A DNA stretch of 28,374 nt, taken from the NCBI GenBank assembly GCA_017624795.1, contig JAGAMJ010000052.1:1-28374 (forward strand), given 5' to 3'. This document shows, in pieces, positions 7,495 through 14,920 of the stretch. Origin of the DNA: Clostridia bacterium (GTDB lineage: Bacteria > Bacillota > Clostridia > Oscillospirales > CAG-272). The notes beneath the pieces were generated by a model that saw only the letters and a program-made list of their open reading frames with translations, made no database searches and was not told the DNA's origin. A program made the translations under genes and the position numbers. How positions within the stretch are numbered: position 1 is the first letter of the stretch; every line of letters starts with the position of its first letter.

Positions 7495-8316
7495 TTACTT
7501 GACCATATGTACATCGAGCTGCGGGAACGGTACCGAGATACCCGCTGCGTCAAACGCGGCAAGGACCTCCTCTTTGAGGTCGAAGTTCACGGGCCAATAA
7601 TCCGCCTGCTTCACCCACACACGGGTGACAAAATCAAGCGAGCTTGCACCGTGCTCCGAAAGGCGCACCATCGGTGCGGGGGTATCCAGAATCTCACTGT
7701 GCTTTGCGATCACGCCAAGAATGATTTCCTTAACCTTTTCCACGTCCGAGCCGTATGCCACCGAGAAGGTGAGGTCCAGACGTCTGGTTTCCTTGGTGCT
7801 GTAATTTGTGATATTCGAGGATGTTACCGTGCTGTTAGGAATGGTGATGACCTTGTTATCGGCCGTAGTCAGCTTAGTCGAGGTGATCTTGATCGACTCG
7901 ACAACGCCCGAAGTGCCGCCGATGTCAACAAAATCACCCTCCTCAAAGGGCTTTGTGACGACCAGCATGATGCCCGAAGCCAGATTCGAGATCACGCCCT
8001 GTACCGATAGCGAGATCGCCAAGGTCAGCACGCTGAAAATCGCGACAAGCGAGGTCGTGTCAACGCCAAGCGTCGCGAGCAAAATGATCACGTACAGGCA
8101 CACCAGCGCCGCCTTCACAAGCGACACAAGGAAGTTGCCCGCCGCGCCCTTCAGCTTGGACTTTTCGCCGTTGAGGAGCTTGCGAACGATCGAAACCGCC
8201 ACGCGGATAACGATCGCGCCAAGCACCAGCACCAGCACAAATCTGAGCACCGTGTGCCAATTTGCCATAACAGTGTTTTTCATTGTTTCCCACAGATTTA
8301 CAAGCCAATCTTTCAT
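7495..8316 (-). CDS. mscS: Small-conductance mechanosensitive channel, MscS family (273 aa)
   Basis: Three TM helices, then S.QG.ISNLASGIML...KPF..GDFV...G..G.V..I, T.DNKVITIPNS, NYS....RRLDL...VAYGSD, FPQ. AGGAGG SD. Confidence 0.95.
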   Translation of the reverse strand: MKDWLVNLWETMKNTVMANWHTVLRFVLVLVLGAIVIRVAVSIVRKLLNGEKSKLKGAAGNFLVSLVKAALVCLYVIILLATLGVDTTSLVAIFSVLTLAISLSVQGVISNLASGIMLVVTKPFEEGDFVDIGGTSGVVESIKITSTKLTTADNKVITIPNSTVTSSNITNYSTKETRRLDLTFSVAYGSDVEKVKEIILGVIAKHSEILDTPAPMVRLSEHGASSLDFVTRVWVKQADYWPVNFDLKEEVLAAFDAAGISVPFPQLDVHMVK

Positions 8317-8360
8317 ATTTTTCCTCCTTTTTACCGCGCATCGCGCGCTGCATTGTTTTT

Positions 8361-8389
8361 ATTATAATCCCTCGGTCGACAAATTGCAA
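8361..8389 (-). promoter_or_regulatory. sigmaA promoter for mscS
   Basis: TTGCAA (8389-8384)-17-TATAAT (8366-8361). Confidence 0.7.
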
Positions 8390-8416
8390 GAGTCTTTTGT
8401 GAAATTTGACCGTGGC

Positions 8417-8454
8417 CCTCCAAGCGCCGAGTGAAAACGTTCGGCGCTTGGAGG
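8417..8454. other. 14-bp stem-loop downstream of asnB/asnO (no U-tract)
   Basis: cctccaagcgccga / tcggcgcttggagg with a 10-nt loop, 17 nt after the stop. It lacks a T-run, so it may be a 3' stabiliser or a weak terminator. Confidence 0.5.
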
Positions 8455-8471
8455 ATACGAAAGGCACCGAT

Positions 8472-10301
8472 TTACACCAATTTTACGTCATACATACGGA
8501 ACCAATCGTCAAGCTGGCACAGCCACGCGATCAGCTGCGGGCGCCCCATCAGCTGCCCGAACCAGGTGCCGTTTTCGCCGTCAAGCAGCTCCTGCAAGCG
8601 ACGGCGATTCACATACTCCGAAAGAAATCCCCCTTTTTGCGAAAGGCGTTCGCTTAGCATCTGCCGCACTCTTTTTTCATAGGCGGGGTTGTGTGTTTTG
8701 GGATAAGGACTCTTTTTGCGCCAAAGCACGCGGTCGGGCAGGTATCCCTGCATCGCGTGTCGCAATAGCGATTTTTCCACCCCGTTCCCGTACTTAATTG
8801 CCCAAGGAACGTTGAACACGTACTCCAAAATGCGATGATCGGCAAAGGGCACACGCACCTCCACGGCGCTATACATACTCATGCGGTCCTTGCGCGAGAG
8901 CAGATTCGCCATAAAATACCGCGTGGACAAAAAGGTGGCGATCCGTGCGGTGCGGTCGGCGTCGCACTCGCCGTCAAGCACGGGACATTCCTCGCAGCTC
9001 CTGCGGCAGACCTCTCGCAGATAGGCAAGCCCCTGTGCGGCGTGGGTGATGCTGTCATCAAACAGCCCGATACGGGTGGTCGGATCGTGCAGCCACGGGA
9101 AGAAGTCGCGATGAAGCATTTCGGGGCGGTAAAACCACGGATATCCCCCGAAAATTTCGTCCGAGCATTCGCCAGAAAGTAATACCGTGTGCCGCTTTTT
9201 GATCTCGCGGCAGAAATACAAGAGCGAGGAATCGATATCCGCCTGCCCCGGCAGATCGCGGGCAAGCGTCGCGTCGGTAAGCGCATTTGCCACCTCGTCG
9301 GTGGGTGCGGTCAGCACGGTGTGATCGGTACCCAGCGCCGCCGCAAGATCGGCGGCAAAGGCATCGTCCCCTTGCGGCTGAAACAGCGTCGCGTGAAAAT
9401 TTTCCTTGTTCCCTTCATATTCAAAGGAATAGGTCGAAAGCTGTCCGCCGCTCCCATGAATATGCTCCGCCGCCACCGCCGTGATCGCCGAGGAATCCAG
9501 CCCCCCCGACAATAGGACCGCCAGCGGCACGTCGCTGGAAAGCTGACGCTTCACGGCATCACAAAACCGCTCCCGTACCGTGGCGACGGCGGTAGCGGCA
9601 TCGTCACGGCATTCCCTTGCCGTGAGCTGCCAATAGCACCACTCCTCAAAGCCCTTCCTCGTCACGCGGGCGGCGTGTGCGGGCAGCAGCTCCCTCACGC
9701 CTTGGAACACGCCACTTCCCGGCAGCGTCACGGGCGTGAGGTAAAAGAGCTGCCACAGCCCCTCGCGGTCGATCGCGGGGGCGATCTCTTTGTGCGCGAA
9801 AAGCGCCTTTATCTCGGAAGCAAAATAAAAATTAGCCCCGGAACGGTAGTAAAAAAGCGGCTTTACGCCAAGACGGTCACGGGCAAAAAATACCTTTTCT
9901 TCCCTTGGATCGTACACGGCAAACGCGAAAATACCGTTGAGATGTTTGGGGCAGTCCTCGCCGTACAGAATATAGCTCCACAGCACGGTTTCGGTATCAC
10001 AGTCACTTTGAAAGACCGCGCCCTTGGCTGCAAGATCCAAGCGCAGCTCGCCCGAATTGTAGATCTCCCCATTATAAACAATGGTGTACCATTGTCCCCT
10101 GTAATGCGCGCGCATGGGCTGCGCGCCGCCTTTGGGATCCATCACAGCAAGCCGATTGTGATAAAGCCCCACGCCGGGAGCAAAAAACGCGCCGCTGGCA
10201 TCAGGGCCGCGGCGCGCAAGGCGCGCGCCTGCGGCGGCGACCTCCTCGCCCCGAACGGCACCGGGGTCCCTAAAATTTATCCACCCGTTGATCGAACACA
10301 T
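8472..10301 (-). CDS. asnB: Asparagine synthase (glutamine-hydrolysing), AsnO/AsnB-like (609 aa)
   Basis: N-terminal nucleophile Cys2 (MCSING), RRGPD, H.RL.V.D...G.QPM, YNGEIYN, SDCDTE, RDRLGVKPLFY, LSGGLDSS, SGECSDEIFGGY, RKDRMSM..AVEVRVPF, RKKSPYP. Confidence 0.95.
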   Translation of the reverse strand: MCSINGWINFRDPGAVRGEEVAAAGARLARRGPDASGAFFAPGVGLYHNRLAVMDPKGGAQPMRAHYRGQWYTIVYNGEIYNSGELRLDLAAKGAVFQSDCDTETVLWSYILYGEDCPKHLNGIFAFAVYDPREEKVFFARDRLGVKPLFYYRSGANFYFASEIKALFAHKEIAPAIDREGLWQLFYLTPVTLPGSGVFQGVRELLPAHAARVTRKGFEEWCYWQLTARECRDDAATAVATVRERFCDAVKRQLSSDVPLAVLLSGGLDSSAITAVAAEHIHGSGGQLSTYSFEYEGNKENFHATLFQPQGDDAFAADLAAALGTDHTVLTAPTDEVANALTDATLARDLPGQADIDSSLLYFCREIKKRHTVLLSGECSDEIFGGYPWFYRPEMLHRDFFPWLHDPTTRIGLFDDSITHAAQGLAYLREVCRRSCEECPVLDGECDADRTARIATFLSTRYFMANLLSRKDRMSMYSAVEVRVPFADHRILEYVFNVPWAIKYGNGVEKSLLRHAMQGYLPDRVLWRKKSPYPKTHNPAYEKRVRQMLSERLSQKGGFLSEYVNRRRLQELLDGENGTWFGQLMGRPQLIAWLCQLDDWFRMYDVKLV

Positions 10302-10319
10302 ATTTCCTCACCTCACTCA

Positions 10320-10357
10320 TAGCGTATGAGCGTTTTTCAAGGGCGGTGCATATCCTA
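10320..10357. promoter_or_regulatory. Candidate mother-cell (sigmaE/sigmaK-type) divergent promoters
   Basis: Minus: GCACC-16-CATACGCTA towards asnO, fitting sigmaK AC-N16/17-CATA---TA. Plus: CATATCCTA (10349-10357) -10 box towards the small-ORF pair, with a weak -35. No sigmaA TTGACA/TATAAT pair is seen here. Confidence 0.5.
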
Positions 10358-10379
10358 TTAGCAAAAGGAGGTGTCGCCT

Positions 10380-10550
10380 TTGCTGCCCATCGTATCAGAA
10401 CAAAAAAACGCCCGTCTGCTGACCGCCTTCGGCGCAGGTGTGGTGTGTGCGCTGATCCTGCCCAGAGCATTTTTCTGTTTCCTTGGAGCGTCTGTCCTGC
10501 TTGCCGTAGGAATTTCTCTTTCCCAAACCCAACATAGTAAGGAGTGCTGA
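10380..10550 (+). CDS. Small two-TM membrane protein (56 aa), unknown function
   Basis: Strong SD AAGGAGGTG (10365-10373) 6 nt before a TTG start. Sequence: MLPIVSEQKNARLLTAFGAGVVCALILPRAFFCFLGASVLLAVGISLSQTQHSKEC. Its last codons carry the SD of the next ORF. Confidence 0.7.
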   Translation: MLPIVSEQKNARLLTAFGAGVVCALILPRAFFCFLGASVLLAVGISLSQTQHSKEC

Positions 10551-10552
10551 TT

Positions 10553-10633
10553 ATGAAGATCGTTCTGATGAGATCCCCCGGCTTTTTAGCTCCGCTGCTG
10601 CGTCGTATATTCCACGTTCCGCGCCGCAAATAA
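10553..10633 (+). CDS. spoVM: Stage V sporulation protein M homologue (26 aa)
   Basis: SD TAAGGAG. MKIVLMRSPGFLAPLLRRIFHVPRRK has the same length as B. subtilis SpoVM (MKFYTIKLPKFLGGIVRAMLGSFRKD) and keeps M1, K2, P9, F11, L12 and R17. Amphipathic; adjacent to thiN as in B. subtilis. Confidence 0.82.
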   Translation: MKIVLMRSPGFLAPLLRRIFHVPRRK

Positions 10634-10659
10634 GGCATAGCGGGTGCTTTTTTTCAAAG

Positions 10660-10699
10660 CAAAAGCGCGGTCTGCGAAATTTCGCAGACCGCGCTTTTG
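10660..10699. terminator. Bidirectional terminator between convergent spoVM and thiN
   Basis: Perfect 40-bp palindrome caaaagcgcggtctgcgaaa/tttcgcagaccgcgcttttg. Confidence 0.85.
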
Positions 10700-10705
10700 T
10701 GACGT

Positions 10706-11341
10706 TTATTTCGATTCGATGATATAAATACTGCCCTTTTTCACGCAGATGAAGGCGCAGTTGCCCGTGAGCTCGTTGCTCACGGCGAACTGATGCGCGC
10801 GGGCAAGCTTCGCGTTTTTGAGCGGATACTTGACGCCGTCGATCTCAACGCCCTTGACGACCTTGTCCGCGGCAAGCAGGGACAGGTACGTGTACGCGCC
10901 GCGTGGGATCAGGGTGCTGCCGTTTCGAAGGAAACGCGCACGGTTGAAGCCGTCGGTGATGACACCGTGGCAGCCAAGATCTGCAAGATGCTCCAAGATA
11001 CCGAGGTTAGAGAGCGTGTGGTCGAGCCGCCCCGAAAGCCCACCGATGATCACGATGTCGCGCGCGCCCTTGGAGAGCGCAAGCTCGACGGCAAGCTGGG
11101 TGTCGGTCAGGTCCTTTTCGACGGGAACTCTATAAATCTCCACCCCGTCCGGCACCTTTTTTTCTTTGATCGAATCAAGATCCCCCACAAGGATCGACGG
11201 CTTTTCACCAAGTGCTTTGGCGTTGTCAAAGCCGCTGTCTGCGGCGATCAAAAGATCGTCACCCTTGGGGTGATCGGTGATGCCCGCGGCATCGATCGCG
11301 CCGCCCACGTATATGTATGCTCTCACGGTTTGTGGCTCCAT
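10706..11341 (-). CDS. thiN: Thiamine pyrophosphokinase (211 aa)
   Basis: IAADSG, VGDLDS, EKDLTDTQLA, GGLSGRLDHTLSN, G.KYPL, VSNE. Overlaps the rsgA stop by 19 bp. Confidence 0.95.
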   Translation of the reverse strand: MEPQTVRAYIYVGGAIDAAGITDHPKGDDLLIAADSGFDNAKALGEKPSILVGDLDSIKEKKVPDGVEIYRVPVEKDLTDTQLAVELALSKGARDIVIIGGLSGRLDHTLSNLGILEHLADLGCHGVITDGFNRARFLRNGSTLIPRGAYTYLSLLAADKVVKGVEIDGVKYPLKNAKLARAHQFAVSNELTGNCAFICVKKGSIYIIESK

Positions 11342-12309
11342 TCGTGCTTATTTTTCAGCGCGTCAAACATAGCAACAAAGCTTTGGTGGCGGCTTTGCGG
11401 GATCGCGCCCTCCCTTACCGCCGCAAGGATCGCGCAGCCCTCCTCGCGGGTATGAGTACATTTCTTGTAGCGACACTGACCATTGTAAGGCGCGAATTCG
11501 CGCATGGTAGAGGGCAGATCGTCACGGTTAAAGAACTCAAAGCGCACGAAATCCAGCATACTGAACCCGGGTGTATCGGCAATATATGCATCGCAGGGCG
11601 CTTCAATGGGGTATAGCTCGACGCGTCTTGTGGTGTGCTTTCCGCGTTCAATGCGGCGGCTGATCTCGCCCGTTTGCAGCGAAAGATCGGGAAACAAAGC
11701 ATTCAACAAAGTGGATTTTCCGACACCCGAAGCGCCCGCAAACGCGGCGGTCTTACCTGCCAAATGCTCATCAATAAAGAGCCGCAATTCCCCAACGCCC
11801 TTGCCTGTCGTGGCGGATAGTAAAAAGGCGGAAAAGCCCGAAACGGTATAAGTTTTTTGCAGTTCCTCGGCGTATTCGGGGGCAACGTCACACTTGCCGA
11901 TCACGATCACGGGCTCGATGCCGTTATGCTCGGCGATCGAGATCAGCTTGTCCACCGTTTCAAGTGAGGGTGCGGGGTGAGCGGCGGCAAAGGTGATAAA
12001 CAGATAGTCAAGATTTGCCATAGGCGGGCGGATCAGGGCGTTTCTGCGGGGCAAGATCTCCTCAATAACGATGCCTCCGCCGTCGGCAAACGAGCAGACA
12101 CTTCCCGCTTCGTCGCGCCCGAGCGCACTCTCGTCAAAGGAAACGCGTACCGTGTCACCCACCAGGGGCTTTACCCCCTCGTGGCGGAAATTTCCCTTGG
12201 CACGGGCGGTCACGCTCTGCCCCGAAAGCGGCGTTTCGCCCGCTTGCAGCGCGATCTCATAAAGCCCGCCAACACCCCTGATCAGTTTTCCTACTTCTTC
12301 GTATTGCAT
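11323..12309 (-). CDS. rsgA: Ribosome small subunit-dependent GTPase A (328 aa)
   Basis: OB fold (G..Y...ARG.F....VGD.V), RRNALIRPPMAN.D, GASGVGKSTLLN, RGKHTTR, DTPGF, C-terminal CRYKKCTHTREEGC Zn site. Start at ATG 12309. Confidence 0.95.
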   Translation of the reverse strand: MQYEEVGKLIRGVGGLYEIALQAGETPLSGQSVTARAKGNFRHEGVKPLVGDTVRVSFDESALGRDEAGSVCSFADGGGIVIEEILPRRNALIRPPMANLDYLFITFAAAHPAPSLETVDKLISIAEHNGIEPVIVIGKCDVAPEYAEELQKTYTVSGFSAFLLSATTGKGVGELRLFIDEHLAGKTAAFAGASGVGKSTLLNALFPDLSLQTGEISRRIERGKHTTRRVELYPIEAPCDAYIADTPGFSMLDFVRFEFFNRDDLPSTMREFAPYNGQCRYKKCTHTREEGCAILAAVREGAIPQSRHQSFVAMFDALKNKHEWSHKP

Positions 12310-12328
12310 CGTTTCTTTCCTGTTCAAA

Positions 12329-12490
12329 TTAAAATATGAAGGCAAAAATGCTGTCAAGCAATCCCAAGGCAAACAGCGTCACCACCGTGACCGTGAGCAG
12401 CGCCAGCGCCGCGATCAGATTGGCGACCACAAGCCGCTTTACCGTGCTTTTCTTCTTGCTTTTTTCTTTGCGTTTCGTTTTTTTCGACAT
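12329..12490 (-). CDS. Small basic single-pass membrane protein (53 aa)
   Basis: SD GAAAGGA 7 nt before ATG 12490. Sequence: MSKKTKRKEKSKKKSTVKRLVVANLIAALALLTVTVVTLFALGLLDSIFAFIF. Fills the rlmN-rsgA gap, co-oriented with both. Confidence 0.72.
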   Translation of the reverse strand: MSKKTKRKEKSKKKSTVKRLVVANLIAALALLTVTVVTLFALGLLDSIFAFIF

Positions 12491-12542
12491 AGAGCAGGAT
12501 CCTTTCAAAAACTGCTCTTATCTTACCCGTTTTGGGGGATAT

Positions 12543-13607
12543 TCATTCTTTTGCCGCCTTTTCGGCGGTTTCCTTTCGCAGCTGTCCGCACGAGGCGTTG
12601 ATATCCGCACCCAAGGTGCGGCGGACCGTCGCACGGATCCCGTTTTTCTCCAAAATCGCGGCGAACGCCTTCACTGCCCTTGCACCCGAGCGCACAAATC
12701 CGCTTTCCTTCACCTCGTTGACGGGGATCAGGTTGACGTGAATGGGCATCGACTCCTGCCGTGTTCGCAAGCTGCGGTTGAGGAGCAGCGCGAGCTTTTC
12801 GGCGTCCTCGCGCGAGTCATTTTTGCCCGCGATCAGTGTATATTCAAAGGAAATACGCCTGCCCGTTGCCACAAAATAGCGTTTGCAAGACGCAAGCAGG
12901 GCGGCGACGTTGTATTTGCGGTTGATCGGCATGATCGCCGAGCGCGTTTCGTCGTCAGCGGCGTGTAGCGAGATCGACAGCGTGATGGGCAGCTTCAACT
13001 CGGCAAGACGGTCGATGCGATCGACAAGCCCACAGGTGGAAAGCGAAATGTGACGGTAACCGATGTTAAGCCCCTCGGGGCAGTTCACAAGCGCAAGAAA
13101 GCGCACAACGGCATCAAAATTATCCAATGGCTCGCCAATACCCATCATCACGATGCCGCCGATGATCTTGCCCGAATCCTTCGCGGCGGCGATCACCTGT
13201 CCCAGCAGCTCGCCCGCGGTAAGGTTGCGCACCTTGCCGCCAATGGTCGAGGCACAGAATTTGCACCCCATATTACACCCGACCTGTGTGGAGATGCAAA
13301 TGGTCAGCCCATGCTCGTACTGCATCAGCACGCTCTCGACGCAGTTGCCGTCGGCAAGCTCAAACAGATACTTGATCGTGCCGTCAAGGGCGGAAACAAG
13401 CTTGCGCTTGACCTTTGGCAAGTGGTAATCCGTGACCTCGGCAAGCCGCTCGCGCGTGAGCTTGCCGATATTGGTCATTTGTGCGGGGGACAGCCCCTTA
13501 TGTAATTGGGGGAAGATCTGCCCCGCGCGGTATTTCGGCTCTCCGATCGATACAAGCAGCTCTTGCAGCTCGACGGGGGAGAGCGCCAATAGTTCAACTT
13601 TTTCCAT
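12543..13607 (-). CDS. rlmN: Dual-specificity RNA methyltransferase RlmN (354 aa)
   Basis: DGTIKYLF, CISTQVGCNMGCKFC radical-SAM motif, MMGIGEPLDN, SLHA, FEY.LI, VNLIP.N, RR.LG.DINASCGQL. Confidence 0.97.
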   Translation of the reverse strand: MEKVELLALSPVELQELLVSIGEPKYRAGQIFPQLHKGLSPAQMTNIGKLTRERLAEVTDYHLPKVKRKLVSALDGTIKYLFELADGNCVESVLMQYEHGLTICISTQVGCNMGCKFCASTIGGKVRNLTAGELLGQVIAAAKDSGKIIGGIVMMGIGEPLDNFDAVVRFLALVNCPEGLNIGYRHISLSTCGLVDRIDRLAELKLPITLSISLHAADDETRSAIMPINRKYNVAALLASCKRYFVATGRRISFEYTLIAGKNDSREDAEKLALLLNRSLRTRQESMPIHVNLIPVNEVKESGFVRSGARAVKAFAAILEKNGIRATVRRTLGADINASCGQLRKETAEKAAKE

Positions 13608-14920
13608 TACGTGTTATCCTTTTTGCGCAATTTTGCGATAAAAAAGCCATCGGTGCCGTGGGTATCGGGCGCAAGCGTCACCATACCCTCAAACACCGCC
13701 TCACCGACCGTGAAGGGCTCGATCGAAAATTCAGAGTGACGGTTCAGAAACGCCTGCACCTGCACTTCGTTTTCATCGACGAGAAGCGTACAGGTGGAAT
13801 AGACCAGCACACCGCCATTCTTTACGCAACGGGCGGCGCTTTCCAAAATTGCCGCCTGCACAGGCACAAGCCCCGCCGCAAGCGAAAAATCCTTATAGCG
13901 TATGTCGGGTTTTTTGGCAAGCACGCCGTAGCCCGAGCAGGGCACGTCGCAGATCACGCGATCAAACTGCCCCAAAATCTCGGGGTCTGCCCCCCTTGCG
14001 TCTGCGGCGGCTGCGGTGATATTGGAAAGCCCCAATTTTTCGGCGCCGCGGCGAATGAGGGAAATTTTGTTTTCGTGCAGGTCAAAGCTTTTGACCTCGC
14101 CCGTGTTTGCCATACAAAGCGCAGCGCCAAAGGACTTGGAGCCGGGGGCTGCACAAAGGTCAAGCACACGCTCGTTTTCTTTCGCACCAAGCGCCTCGAC
14201 GCAGATCTGCGACGCCTCGTCCTGCACGAAGCAATCCCCCGCTTCAAGTGCCCCCGAAACGGCGGAAAGATCGTCAAAACGCACCCCGTTGGGGGCGATA
14301 TTCACGGCAACGCCGCCAAATTTCTCGACAAATCCTTCCCTTGTATAGCGCAACGTGTTTACCCGTACCGTCACGCCCTTAACGCGCTCAAACGCGGCAA
14401 GGATCGACGCGGCGCGCGCAAAGCCGTAGCTTCGCACAAGCGCCTCGGCAAGTGCTTCGGGCACCGAGTAGCGCACCGAAAGGTGGCGTATGGGCTCGTT
14501 TTTTTCATCGGGGTAACTGACCTTTTTTCCGTTTCGGCAAAACGAACGCAAAACGGCATTGACAAAGCCCTTGCTGCGCCTTGGCGTTTGCTCCACCGCC
14601 TCGTGGATCGCGGCATGATCGGGAATTCGGTCAAAATACAAAAGCTGTGCAAGCCCCATTCGCAGGATCATACGCACGCGTTGCTCAATGGCGGCGGGTG
14701 CGATCGAGGAAAGCCCGTTGATGACATGATCCAGCGTGATGCGATGCTCGATCACGCTATAAAAAAGCGCCGTACAAAGGGCTTTATCCACCCCCGACAT
14801 CGCGCGCTCGCGCGTGAGGGCACTGTCCAGCGCAAGGTTTGCGTATTGCCCCGCCGCCTCACAACGCAGCAGCAGCTCCAAGGCAAGCGCACGGGGATCG
14901 CCCGCATCGGTACGCATCAT
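13607..14920 (-). CDS. rsmB: 16S rRNA m5C967 methyltransferase RsmB/Sun (437 aa)
   Basis: NusB-like N-terminus, VQDEASQ, VLDLCAAPGSKS, DVPCSGYG..AKKPDIRY, VYSTCT...ENE, DGFFIAKL. Confidence 0.96.
   Translation of the reverse strand: MMRTDAGDPRALALELLLRCEAAGQYANLALDSALTRERAMSGVDKALCTALFYSVIEHRITLDHVINGLSSIAPAAIEQRVRMILRMGLAQLLYFDRIPDHAAIHEAVEQTPRRSKGFVNAVLRSFCRNGKKVSYPDEKNEPIRHLSVRYSVPEALAEALVRSYGFARAASILAAFERVKGVTVRVNTLRYTREGFVEKFGGVAVNIAPNGVRFDDLSAVSGALEAGDCFVQDEASQICVEALGAKENERVLDLCAAPGSKSFGAALCMANTGEVKSFDLHENKISLIRRGAEKLGLSNITAAAADARGADPEILGQFDRVICDVPCSGYGVLAKKPDIRYKDFSLAAGLVPVQAAILESAARCVKNGGVLVYSTCTLLVDENEVQVQAFLNRHSEFSIEPFTVGEAVFEGMVTLAPDTHGTDGFFIAKLRKKDNT

Noticed and set aside
4277-7600. 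1107-aa plus-strand ORF as a real gene
   Set aside because: In-register antisense shadow of two well-supported genes; no SD-linked start, no recognisable domain, Arg/His-rich shadow composition.
10346-10537. 63-aa ORF listed in the track
   Set aside because: Wrong frame. It starts upstream of the strong SD and overlaps the promoter box; the SD serves the TTG at 10380 in another frame.
12505-12548. sigmaF/sigmaG-like promoter before the 53-aa peptide (GAATG-15-GGGTAAGATA)
   Set aside because: Degenerate match in an AT-rich spacer; read-through from the superoperon is a simpler explanation.
12336-12968. 210-aa plus-strand ORF
   Set aside because: Antisense to rlmN and to the SD-led 53-aa peptide.
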